Source of the DNA: Betaproteobacteria bacterium TMED22
GTDB lineage: Bacteria > Pseudomonadota > Gammaproteobacteria > Burkholderiales > Eutrophovitaceae
Assembly (NCBI GenBank): GCA_002167745.1
Contig: NHCB01000010.1
Location: 30,852-94,851, forward strand
Direction of reading: 5' to 3'
Length of the DNA: 64,000 bases
The notes beneath the pieces are model-generated. The model was not told where the DNA came from and did not search any database. It saw only the letters and a list, made by a program, of their open reading frames with translations. This document shows positions 39,626 to 48,412 of this stretch, one piece after another. The position numbers and the translations under genes were made by a program. Position 1 is the stretch's first letter. Each line of letters begins with the position of its first letter.

Positions 39626-39679
39626 ACAATTATATACAAAACAATTATAGTCATAACAACTATGTATATGACAATTATA
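39626..39679. repeat. three direct copies of ACAATTATA in the marR/HCCA-isomerase divergent region
   Basis: Copies at 39626-39634, 39641-39649 and 39671-39679 (15- and 30-bp spacing), plus a degenerate copy ACAACTATG at 39656-39664. Confidence 0.6.
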
Positions 39680-39766
39680 ACGGATCTTTATATGCCATGC
39701 CCATCCCACTGGAAACTGTTGGGTTACAATATGAAATCCTAATTTACCAAGCCCCGTGAGTCACTG

Positions 39767-40369
39767 ATGTCTAAAACCATTGATTACTTCCTAACTCCTA
39801 TGTCGCCTTGGACCTATCTAGGGCATGAGCCTCTCCAGTCGTTAGTCGATAGATTTGGCGCTACGGTTAATGTTCTTCCGATTGATCCCGGAAAATTATT
39901 TGCTGCAACAGGTGGCGTTCCCGTAGCTCAACGACCGGTACAACGCCAAAAATACAGGCTGTCAGAACTAAAACGATGGAAAACATATCTGGGATCTCCA
40001 ATCATTATCGAGCCCGCACATTTTCCATATGACTCCGAGCTGGCATCTTTAGTCTCGGTCGCTGCAGTGCGTTCTCATGGAACGAACAAAGGAATGGAAT
40101 TAATCCTAAGTTTGATGAAAGGCTGCTGGGTTGAGAATCGAAACATGGGGGCACGAGATGAAGTTAAAAAATCTATCGAATCGTGCGGCTTGAGTGGTGA
40201 AGATTTAATTGCAGCGGCTGCTAGCGATCAGACATCAAAAAATTTAGATAAAAATACCCAACACGCGATTGACGTCGGTGTTTTTGGCGCACCGACTTAC
40301 ATAATTGATGGAGAACTATACTGGGGACAAGATCGACTCAACTTTGTTGAGCGAAGTCTGATGAGCTAG
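39767..40369 (+). CDS. 2-hydroxychromene-2-carboxylate isomerase family (DsbA-like fold) protein
   Basis: IDYFLTPMSPWTYLG N-terminus and C-terminal GAPTYIIDGELYWGQDRLNFVE. Confidence 0.7.
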   Translation: MSKTIDYFLTPMSPWTYLGHEPLQSLVDRFGATVNVLPIDPGKLFAATGGVPVAQRPVQRQKYRLSELKRWKTYLGSPIIIEPAHFPYDSELASLVSVAAVRSHGTNKGMELILSLMKGCWVENRNMGARDEVKKSIESCGLSGEDLIAAAASDQTSKNLDKNTQHAIDVGVFGAPTYIIDGELYWGQDRLNFVERSLMS

Positions 40370-41566
40370 ATTCGTGACCGCATAACCATGCTCGCTTAAT
40401 ACTCGAATAATATCCTCGATGTGCTGATGATCACGGGTCTTAATCGAAAATGCGACCTCAGTAGTCTGAATTGGTAAGGTCGTGAACGTACGTTGATGGT
40501 GAACCTCGTCAATATTAGCGTTACATTCTCCAAAAATCTTAGAAACGGTAGAGAGGGACCCAGGCATATCTGTAATCTGCACGTTTAAACGTGCCAAACG
40601 ACCAGCTTTAACCATACCTCGATCAATAATAGCCGTTAATGTCAAAGGATCTACATTACCGCCACACAAAATTAACCCCACATTCTTATCCTGAAATAAT
40701 TCAGTTTGTTTTTTAAGAGCAGCTAAACCAATAGCCCCAGCACCTTCCACAAGAGTCTTCTCGATTTCCAGCAAGAGGAGCATAGCCTCCTCTATCTCAT
40801 CCTCTTCAACAAGAAAAATACCATCAACAAGTTCAGAAACAATTTTTGACGTCAACTTACCAGGCTCTTTTACAGCTATTCCGTCGGCGATCGTGACAGA
40901 GCCGAAACTAGGAGCAACTCCATTGATATGCGCATACATCGAATTAAAGCATGCAGACTCCACTCCATAAACCTTTATCTCTGGATTCATTGCCTTGGCC
41001 GCGGTTGCGATACCAGATATGAGTCCACCGCCACCAATGGGTACTAATATCGCATCTAAATTAGGAACATCCTCCAACATTTCTATGGCTATGGTGCCTT
41101 GACCCGCTATGACCTTAGTATCGTCGTAGGGATGAATAAATATCAGCTCCATTTTCTCAGCAAGTAACAAAGCATGCTCGTAAGCCTCGTCAAAATTGTC
41201 ACCATATAGAACGACTTCTGCACCTAAAGCTCGCGTATGAGTCACTTTAACCTGCGGGGCAATACGCGGCATGACGATAACCGATCGAATACCGTGCTGG
41301 TTTGCGTGATACGCCAATCCTTGAGCGTGGTTTCCGGCGGAGGCAGCAATAACTCCCTTTGTTCGCTCCTCTGCACTCATAGACAGGATTCGGTTTAACG
41401 CACCTCGCTCTTTAAACGAAGCTGTAAATTGGTGATTCTCAAATTTTAAAAACACCTGACAAGAGAGTAAATCTGACAAAGTAGTGGATTGCACGAACTG
41501 CGTGCGCTTAATGGAAGATTCGACGTCTTCGCGCGCCTGACGGATGTCCTGAAAAAGTTGATTCAT
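40316..41566 (-). CDS. ilvA: threonine ammonia-lyase (threonine dehydratase) with a single ACT-like domain
   Basis: PLP-lysine motif FTASFKERGA, glycine loop PIGGGGLISG, and a C-terminal regulatory domain; 416 aa. Confidence 0.8.
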   Translation of the reverse strand: MNQLFQDIRQAREDVESSIKRTQFVQSTTLSDLLSCQVFLKFENHQFTASFKERGALNRILSMSAEERTKGVIAASAGNHAQGLAYHANQHGIRSVIVMPRIAPQVKVTHTRALGAEVVLYGDNFDEAYEHALLLAEKMELIFIHPYDDTKVIAGQGTIAIEMLEDVPNLDAILVPIGGGGLISGIATAAKAMNPEIKVYGVESACFNSMYAHINGVAPSFGSVTIADGIAVKEPGKLTSKIVSELVDGIFLVEEDEIEEAMLLLLEIEKTLVEGAGAIGLAALKKQTELFQDKNVGLILCGGNVDPLTLTAIIDRGMVKAGRLARLNVQITDMPGSLSTVSKIFGECNANIDEVHHQRTFTTLPIQTTEVAFSIKTRDHQHIEDIIRVLSEHGYAVTNLAHQTSLNKVESILSPV

Positions 41567-41660
41567 TAATGACTCTAATTAAGCATGTGAAAAGTAGCGT
41601 CTATAATAAACGTGTCTCTTTTCATTCTCCAGAAGAATTTCTTCTTACAGTTGACGCATT

Positions 41661-43061
41661 ATGTTTTCAGGTGATTTTGTTTTTCTTGATTTAGAAACAA
41701 CGGGGGCCACTGCTGGTACAGATCGCATCACCGAAATTGGTCTAATATCGGTCAAGGACGGCAAGTATGAAAATGAATGGCAAACGCTCATTAATCCTCT
41801 AAGAAGTATTCCCAACAACATCCAATTAATTACAGGCATTTCTAATGAAATGGTTGAAAACAAACCAACTTTCGAGGAGATCAGCGACGGCTTAATCAAA
41901 CGCTTAGAAGGGAAAATTTTAGTCGCCCACAATGTACGTTTCGACTACGCTTTTTTAAGAAACGAATTTAAGTCTTGCGGTATCAAATACGCACCTAAAC
42001 GGCTATGTACAGTCAAACTGTCTCGCCTTCTATATCCAGAGGAAAGAAAACATGGATTAGACAGCATCATAAAGCGCCTCAAATTAACCAGTGGCGTACG
42101 CCATCGGGCAATGACGGACACCCAAGCAATCTGGGATTTCGCACAATATATTCAGAAAAAATTTGAACCTTCTTTAATCTCGTCATCCATTAAAAGACTC
42201 ATCAAAGAACCCTCCCTACCGAACGGAATCGATCAAGAAACCATCGATTCCATCCCCGCTTGCCCAGGTATATATATTTTCAAAGGTGAGAACGACTGCG
42301 TCTTATATGTTGGGAAAAGTAAGAATATTCGCTCGCGTGTTATTTCGCACTTCAGTGGAGACCATTCAAACAAAAAAGATCTTAAAATCAACCAAAATAT
42401 AAATAAAATCGATTGGTGTGAATCAGCTGGCGAACTTGGTGCATTAATGCTTGAATCTCAGCTCGTAAAGACGCTGAGTCCAATCTTTAATCGACAACTA
42501 CGCCAACGAGAAGATAGCTTTACCATTCATTGGGACCCCATCGATCAACCAAAAACACCGTTGATCAAAACGCTATCTAGTTTTGAAGAAATTCCATTTG
42601 GCACGATATATGGTATTTTCGCGACCCACAAACAAGCTTCAAAAACACTTAAGGATTTAGCGAAAGTTCATAATTTATGTTTGAAAAAATTAGGCTTAGA
42701 GTCTGGAGAGGGCCCTTGCTTTTCCCATCAATTAGGAAACTGTAAGGGTGTCTGCGTAAACAGGGAACCAAACCTCAACCATGCAATGCGACTATCAATG
42801 GCGTTAAATAGGTATTTAATTCCCAATTGGCCTTTTGAAGGAGCAGTACTTTTAGTGGAAAAAAGTCAACTCAGCGGGCTTATAGAAAAACATACAGTCA
42901 ACAACTGGACGCATTTGGATTATAAGATAGAAGGACAAAATGAGCCGTCCGAGTATCGGTTATCTCCCCCTACAAAATTCGATCATGATACATTCCAAAT
43001 TTTACGCAAACTGATTTCAAAGCCTACCTCTGATATAACGATTATTCCCCAAAACCTATGA
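41661..43061 (+). CDS. DnaQ-like DEDDh 3'-5' exonuclease fused to a GIY-YIG (Cho/UvrC-like) nuclease domain
   Basis: Exo motifs FLDLETTG, AHNVRFDYAFL and HRAMTDTQA, followed by GIY-YIG (PGIYIFKGENDCVLYVGKSKNIRSRV) and a UvrC-like Cys-containing segment. Confidence 0.7.
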   Translation: MFSGDFVFLDLETTGATAGTDRITEIGLISVKDGKYENEWQTLINPLRSIPNNIQLITGISNEMVENKPTFEEISDGLIKRLEGKILVAHNVRFDYAFLRNEFKSCGIKYAPKRLCTVKLSRLLYPEERKHGLDSIIKRLKLTSGVRHRAMTDTQAIWDFAQYIQKKFEPSLISSSIKRLIKEPSLPNGIDQETIDSIPACPGIYIFKGENDCVLYVGKSKNIRSRVISHFSGDHSNKKDLKINQNINKIDWCESAGELGALMLESQLVKTLSPIFNRQLRQREDSFTIHWDPIDQPKTPLIKTLSSFEEIPFGTIYGIFATHKQASKTLKDLAKVHNLCLKKLGLESGEGPCFSHQLGNCKGVCVNREPNLNHAMRLSMALNRYLIPNWPFEGAVLLVEKSQLSGLIEKHTVNNWTHLDYKIEGQNEPSEYRLSPPTKFDHDTFQILRKLISKPTSDITIIPQNL

Positions 43062-43084
43062 ATCTAAGTACTCTTATCTAACTG

Positions 43085-43876
43085 TTAGCTCGAGTACTGA
43101 TTTAAAAAGGCAAGCATCGCCTCATTAAACTGCTGAGGTTGCTCAATATTGGACAAATGAGATGCGTTCTTAATTACTGAAAGATCCGATCCCGATGCCG
43201 CGGATTGTATGTCTAACGACATAGAAACAGGCGTACTCATATCCGCATCACCAGCTATTATTTTTATGGGTACGTTAATCTCATTGAGCCGATCCGTACA
43301 ATTAACTTTCGAAACGGCATGGCAACATCCGATATATCCAGTGACAGATGTCTGCTGTATGAGATTCGAAATAAAATCTAACTCCGGTCTTGGTTGACTG
43401 AGAAAAGACTTCGTAAACCATCGCGCCAAAACTCCAGGCACCATACTCTTTATTCCGTGGTTTTTTGCTGAGTCGATTCTTTCCTGCCAAACGGATTGAT
43501 TTTCCAGGGGCATTCGACTCGTCGTATTACACAACACTAATGAAGAGAAGGAGTCGGGAAAGTTAATCGCATAAGTCATTCCAATCATGCCTCCCATGGA
43601 CAAACCCACCCAGTGAGGACGATTTATCTTCAAACTATCAAGCAACGCTTTTGAATCGGACGCTAATTGATCAAATGAATAAGCTCCCTCTGTCGCCTCA
43701 CTTCCACCATGTCCACGTGTGTCAAATGCTAATACGCGATAATTATTCTTTAACGCGTCTATTTGCGGCCCCCACATTGTTAAATCACACAACAACGAAT
43801 GACTTAAAACGACCCAAGGACCAGACTCACCAAAAACTTCGTAATTAAGTGTTACGCCATTTACTCGCTTTTGCAT
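43085..43876 (-). CDS. alpha/beta hydrolase, 3-oxoadipate enol-lactonase-like
   Basis: Nucleophile elbow GLSMGG and a C-terminal His region (ASHLSNIEQP). ATG 43876 with a GAGGA Shine-Dalgarno is preferred over TTG 43885. Confidence 0.65.
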   Translation of the reverse strand: MQKRVNGVTLNYEVFGESGPWVVLSHSLLCDLTMWGPQIDALKNNYRVLAFDTRGHGGSEATEGAYSFDQLASDSKALLDSLKINRPHWVGLSMGGMIGMTYAINFPDSFSSLVLCNTTSRMPLENQSVWQERIDSAKNHGIKSMVPGVLARWFTKSFLSQPRPELDFISNLIQQTSVTGYIGCCHAVSKVNCTDRLNEINVPIKIIAGDADMSTPVSMSLDIQSAASGSDLSVIKNASHLSNIEQPQQFNEAMLAFLNQYSS

Positions 43877-44010
43877 TATTCTCAATCCTCTAATTAATTA
43901 CTAAATACTAAATTATAGATTTTCAATCATTATAGATTTATATAAATGTTTCATTAGAATAAACAAATCCGTAATTAAATATCAAAACAAAAAAATTCTG
44001 GAGGGTAATC

Positions 44011-45009
44011 GTGAGAATCATTCAATACAGAGGAAAAGATGGCGCTAGAAGAGTCGGCACAGTTTCTAATGATGGGAACGTACGCACGATCAGGGGGGCT
44101 ACCAACACTTACGAACTCGCTATGGAGGCTATAAGAAAAAGACAATCCATTGAGGGAGTCATTGAGGAGCGGATCAGTGACGAGAAGGATCTAATCGAAA
44201 AGATCACCTCAGATAAGAGAATTCATATTCCGTTTCACCATCCTGATCCCTACCATCAATTCATCACAGGAACCGGGTTGTCTCATCTTGGAAGCGCGGC
44301 CGCTCGAAACTCAATGCATACAAAACTGTCTGAAGATGAGTCTTCGATGACGGACTCGATGAAAATGTTCAAATGGGGTCTTGATGGCGGGAAACCCGAG
44401 ACTGCAGAAATTGGAACACAAGCTGAATGGTTCTATAAAGGGAATGGCGACTGGGTTGTCGACCCAGAGGCGCAACTTAGTTGGCCAACGTACGCACTAG
44501 ATGGTGGTGAAGAGGTCGAGATCGCTGGTATATACGTGGTCGATGAAAAATGTAGCGTTTGGCGTGTCGGATATGCACTAGCTAACGAATATGCTGATCA
44601 CGTAATGGAAAAACAAAATTATCTCTATCTGGCTCACTCAAAATTGAGGCACTGTTCATACGGGCCAGAGTTATTAATTGGAGAATTACCTGATGACGTC
44701 ACAGGTAAGGCAAGACTACTCAGGTCTGACAACGTCATTTGGGAGGAAGACTGGCTATCAGGAAATAAAAATATGTCGCATTCAATTGAGAATCTAGAGC
44801 ATCATCACTTCAAATACACAGAGTTCAGACGACCAGGCGACGTCCATATTCATTTTTTTGGCGCAGCAACGGGCAGTTTTACTAAAAATATTGAAACAAA
44901 AGACGGTGATATCTTCGAAATTGAATCAGAAACTTTTGGGAGCCCATTAAGAAATACATTATCGAAAAAAGAAACTAGAGATGAAAAGATAACGGTTAAA
45001 ACGTTATAA
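44011..45009 (+). CDS. FAH-superfamily protein, GguC/AraD1-like
   Basis: The N-terminal RVGTV...YELAMEAI pattern and C-terminal NLEHHHFKY...PGDVHIHFFG recall GguC-type proteins. From memory only. GTG start. Confidence 0.45.
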   Translation: MRIIQYRGKDGARRVGTVSNDGNVRTIRGATNTYELAMEAIRKRQSIEGVIEERISDEKDLIEKITSDKRIHIPFHHPDPYHQFITGTGLSHLGSAAARNSMHTKLSEDESSMTDSMKMFKWGLDGGKPETAEIGTQAEWFYKGNGDWVVDPEAQLSWPTYALDGGEEVEIAGIYVVDEKCSVWRVGYALANEYADHVMEKQNYLYLAHSKLRHCSYGPELLIGELPDDVTGKARLLRSDNVIWEEDWLSGNKNMSHSIENLEHHHFKYTEFRRPGDVHIHFFGAATGSFTKNIETKDGDIFEIESETFGSPLRNTLSKKETRDEKITVKTL

Positions 45010-45210
45010 GCCATTGTTAATGACAGACTGAACAAGATCATACTAGACTCATTATTTGGGCACTTAATAAGAAAATGAGATAATCTACATACGTATTTAA
45101 GCATATCCGCTCCGACATTCATTCAAAAATATAACGAGCGTTGAAAGCTAAGAATCGCACAGTCAAGTACCGTTTAAACACAAAAAATATAAAAGCAAAT
45201 CACCCAGACC

Positions 45211-46278
45211 ATGACACAAGAACTTATTAACAATTTAAACGTTAAAACTCAACAGATACTATCGACTCCACAAATTATAAAAAAAGAAATACCCGTTCCT
45301 GAAACAGCAACGTCGACAATCATCCAGGGCCGAAAATCTATTGAGTCTATTTTAGACGGAAGTGATAAGCGTCTTCTAGTCGTTGTTGGGCCTTGCTCGA
45401 TACACGACACGAAAGCCGCTATGGATTACGCCAACAGACTAAAGGCACTCTCAGAGAAAGTATCTGAGACGATGATGATCGTGATGCGCGTTTATTTTGA
45501 AAAGCCTCGCACGACGGTCGGATGGAAAGGACTTATTAATGATCCACACATGGATGAGTCCTTTGACATCGAAGAAGGGCTTCGTATCGCTAGACGTTTA
45601 CTAATTGACATCAATGAAATGGGATTACCAGCTGGGACGGAAGCTCTGGACCCAATTAGCCCACAATATTTAGGCGATCTTATTTCGTGGAGCGCCATTG
45701 GTGCTCGCACAACTGAATCCCAGACCCATCGAGAGATGGCTAGCGCACTGTCATCTCCGGTTGGATTTAAAAATGGCACTGATGGCGGTCTTTCGGTAGC
45801 GGTTAACGCCCTTCACTCGGTATCTAACCCACACAGTTTCTTAGGCATCAATAGCGACGGCCAAGTAGCGATCACACACACCAAGGGTAATCGTTATGGT
45901 CATATCGTTCTGCGTGGAGGTTCGAATGGTCCCAACTACGACTCAGTTTCGATCTCTTTAGTCGAAAAAGAGCTTAAAGAGGCAAGTTTACCCTCGAATA
46001 TCATTGTCGATTGCAGTCATGCAAACTCAAATAAAGATCATAACTTACAACCTCTGGTCTTTAATGATTGCGTCAATCAAGTAGTTGACGGGAACGAATC
46101 CGTTATAGGTATGATGCTCGAAAGCAATATTGGAGCCGGAAACCAAAAACTTCTTAAAGACCCAAGCCAAATGGAATATGGCGTGTCAATTACCGATGCA
46201 TGTGTTGACTGGCCCATCACCGAAAAAACCATGATCGATGCACATCAAAAGCTCCTACCGATCATTTCCAAACGTTAA
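45211..46278 (+). CDS. 3-deoxy-7-phosphoheptulonate (DAHP) synthase, class I
   Basis: VVVGPCSIHD, EKPRTTVGWKGLINDP and IVDCSHANS motifs; 355 aa. The isoenzyme (aroF/G/H) cannot be assigned. Confidence 0.85.
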   Translation: MTQELINNLNVKTQQILSTPQIIKKEIPVPETATSTIIQGRKSIESILDGSDKRLLVVVGPCSIHDTKAAMDYANRLKALSEKVSETMMIVMRVYFEKPRTTVGWKGLINDPHMDESFDIEEGLRIARRLLIDINEMGLPAGTEALDPISPQYLGDLISWSAIGARTTESQTHREMASALSSPVGFKNGTDGGLSVAVNALHSVSNPHSFLGINSDGQVAITHTKGNRYGHIVLRGGSNGPNYDSVSISLVEKELKEASLPSNIIVDCSHANSNKDHNLQPLVFNDCVNQVVDGNESVIGMMLESNIGAGNQKLLKDPSQMEYGVSITDACVDWPITEKTMIDAHQKLLPIISKR

Positions 46279-46290
46279 TTCAAACAAGTC

Positions 46291-47103
46291 TTAATCGTTT
46301 AATTCATTTGTTGTGGAATCGATTGAGCTCGACCTAAGTCTTTGTATAGTCGAATAGCTTAGAGCGATCAGAGCGACTTCAAACGGCAATACCAGCCAAA
46401 CCAATACAGCACCGATAAACTCGGCTAAGGGGACTCCGGTAGAGCTAAACCAATTAATGCCAAGCGCAATCGCTAAAGGAAAGATCACAGCAAGCAGCAT
46501 TAAAACCAAACCATTTCCCTTGGTCGCTAGCCATGACCATTTCAAAGCCTCGAATACGCCAATATCCGGATTTTTACTCACCTCTGGAAAGACGAGTATT
46601 AAACGCGCAGCGATATAAATTGGTGGTAAAAAGTTCGCCATCGCAAAAAAACCAATGTCTCCAAAAACGTTAAAAATACTGACAAGAATAGTGCTCGATA
46701 TAGCCAATACGAACATAAAAATCATTCCCAAGGAAAACATAGCCAAAGTGAACTTAGTTTCGGATAAACCCCAGGAAATTGGTGAGCGCTCAGCAAGATC
46801 ACATTCCAATAACACTCGATATGCACGCACAGACGCAATAATTGTTATGAAAAACATAGCGATAACGACAAAATACATTAACCCAAAACTCCTGGTATCG
46901 GCAGATAGTTCATTACCCTCTCCAGTCACGCCAAGCTCTCCACCGACATCAACTCCAAAAGAATCGGCAAAAGATAAGGACATACCAATCACAAATGGCA
47001 ACCAAAGCGAACGGGCAAGCACGAAACGCTTCTCGTAGGCAAAGATTGCCGCACCAAATATCAATTTGAGCAGCGGTAACTTACTGTTTACATTCTCTAT
47101 CAT
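46291..47103 (-). CDS. polytopic membrane protein, unknown function
   Basis: 270 aa with at least 6 hydrophobic helices. No recognisable family. Confidence 0.45.
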   Translation of the reverse strand: MIENVNSKLPLLKLIFGAAIFAYEKRFVLARSLWLPFVIGMSLSFADSFGVDVGGELGVTGEGNELSADTRSFGLMYFVVIAMFFITIIASVRAYRVLLECDLAERSPISWGLSETKFTLAMFSLGMIFMFVLAISSTILVSIFNVFGDIGFFAMANFLPPIYIAARLILVFPEVSKNPDIGVFEALKWSWLATKGNGLVLMLLAVIFPLAIALGINWFSSTGVPLAEFIGAVLVWLVLPFEVALIALSYSTIQRLRSSSIDSTTNELND

Positions 47104-47119
47104 GTGTTTTTAATCTTTA

Positions 47120-48412
47120 TCAAACTTTTTTGGCGTGTTGATGTTTTAAGTATCCAAGGAACATCCAAGTAAAGCCTAACACCTGAAGAAACAAAAAAAT
47201 ACTAAAAGCACAAACATATCCCTCTGGAGCATAACCACCACCCTCCGCAGCATCCCAATGGTTCAATATAATACCGAACAGCCACTGGCACGCGAAGGCG
47301 GTAAGAAATGCCAATAGATTTAACGCGGTTGTAGCGCGACCAGTCAGTTGGGCAGGAAAACTATGAGAAATAATCGAAAATGCTAGGCTACCCGATGTGC
47401 CGAGCAATCCCCACCCAATCCATATTATCCATGACATCTGAGTGACCTCCAAAACCAAGAGGAGCTGCAAAGCCATATAAGCGATCGTGGCCCAGATGAG
47501 AACTAATATAGGCTGAATACCACGACGACTCATACGCGTCGCAAATGCTCCCCAGAATAAAAAGCCGAGCATCGTAGCAAGCCCTAATATCAACAAGTGT
47601 AATGCCACACCGGATCGTTCTAACCCAGCTACGTCTGATAACCAAGGTCCAGCCCATAATCCTTGAACCGACATGTTAAACGCTTGTGGCAGCACCGAAC
47701 CTAACGCTAAACGCCAAAATATTGGCGCTTTATATACGTTCAGCGCACCAATTAATTGATCTTTCGTCGAACCAATGGCATAGGTGTTTTTCTTGTCAGG
47801 AGCAATATAAAAAATAAGAGCTGAGGCAATAACAGTGGCAAAAAATAAAGCTACGAAAATTTCCCTCCACCCAGTAAAAGCGAGCATAAACTCTACTGGT
47901 GCCGTTGCAGAAATTGCCCCAAGTCCGCCCACAAACATAATTCTTCCCGTCATCTCAGGAAGTTTTTCCTTTGGGAACCACTGGGAAAAAATCTTAATAC
48001 TCGACATCAGACAAGCGGCCACACCAAAGCCTATAAACGCTCGGCCCAGCAGTAGTGTTTGAAAATCATCCGCTTTCGAAAATATCAGGGCACCGATAGA
48101 TGCCAGAACCAATAGAGTAGCGTTAACACGCCGCGGACCAAATCGATCTAAAAAAACACCAATTGGGATTTGCAATGATGCAAATGTTAAAAAATAAACC
48201 GATGTTAGAAGTCCTAACTGACTGGCACTTAAGTCAAATTCGGAAATGAGGTTTGGCGCGATAACCGCATTAACAGAACGAAACAAATAAGATAAAAAAT
48301 ATCCAACGGCAAACGGCAAAAAAACCAGCAAAGCTTGTCGTGTAGAAGTCGAATATCCGTCATCATCCGGATTCGAACTCGAGTCATCTTCCCTCAGCTT
48401 AATCACCACCAA
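47120..48412 (-). CDS. MFS transporter
   Basis: About 12 TM helices and an MFS loop motif (GVFLDRFGPRRV). GTG start overlaps the pmbA 3' end by 14 nt. Confidence 0.7.
   Translation of the reverse strand: MVVIKLREDDSSSNPDDDGYSTSTRQALLVFLPFAVGYFLSYLFRSVNAVIAPNLISEFDLSASQLGLLTSVYFLTFASLQIPIGVFLDRFGPRRVNATLLVLASIGALIFSKADDFQTLLLGRAFIGFGVAACLMSSIKIFSQWFPKEKLPEMTGRIMFVGGLGAISATAPVEFMLAFTGWREIFVALFFATVIASALIFYIAPDKKNTYAIGSTKDQLIGALNVYKAPIFWRLALGSVLPQAFNMSVQGLWAGPWLSDVAGLERSGVALHLLILGLATMLGFLFWGAFATRMSRRGIQPILVLIWATIAYMALQLLLVLEVTQMSWIIWIGWGLLGTSGSLAFSIISHSFPAQLTGRATTALNLLAFLTAFACQWLFGIILNHWDAAEGGGYAPEGYVCAFSIFLFLQVLGFTWMFLGYLKHQHAKKV

Noticed and set aside
41567-41660. Looked for a LexA/SOS box upstream of the exonuclease-GIY-YIG (Cho-like) gene.
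   Set aside because: No CTGT-N8-ACAG-type sequence occurs in the 94-bp upstream region. I cannot exclude a lineage-specific LexA motif.
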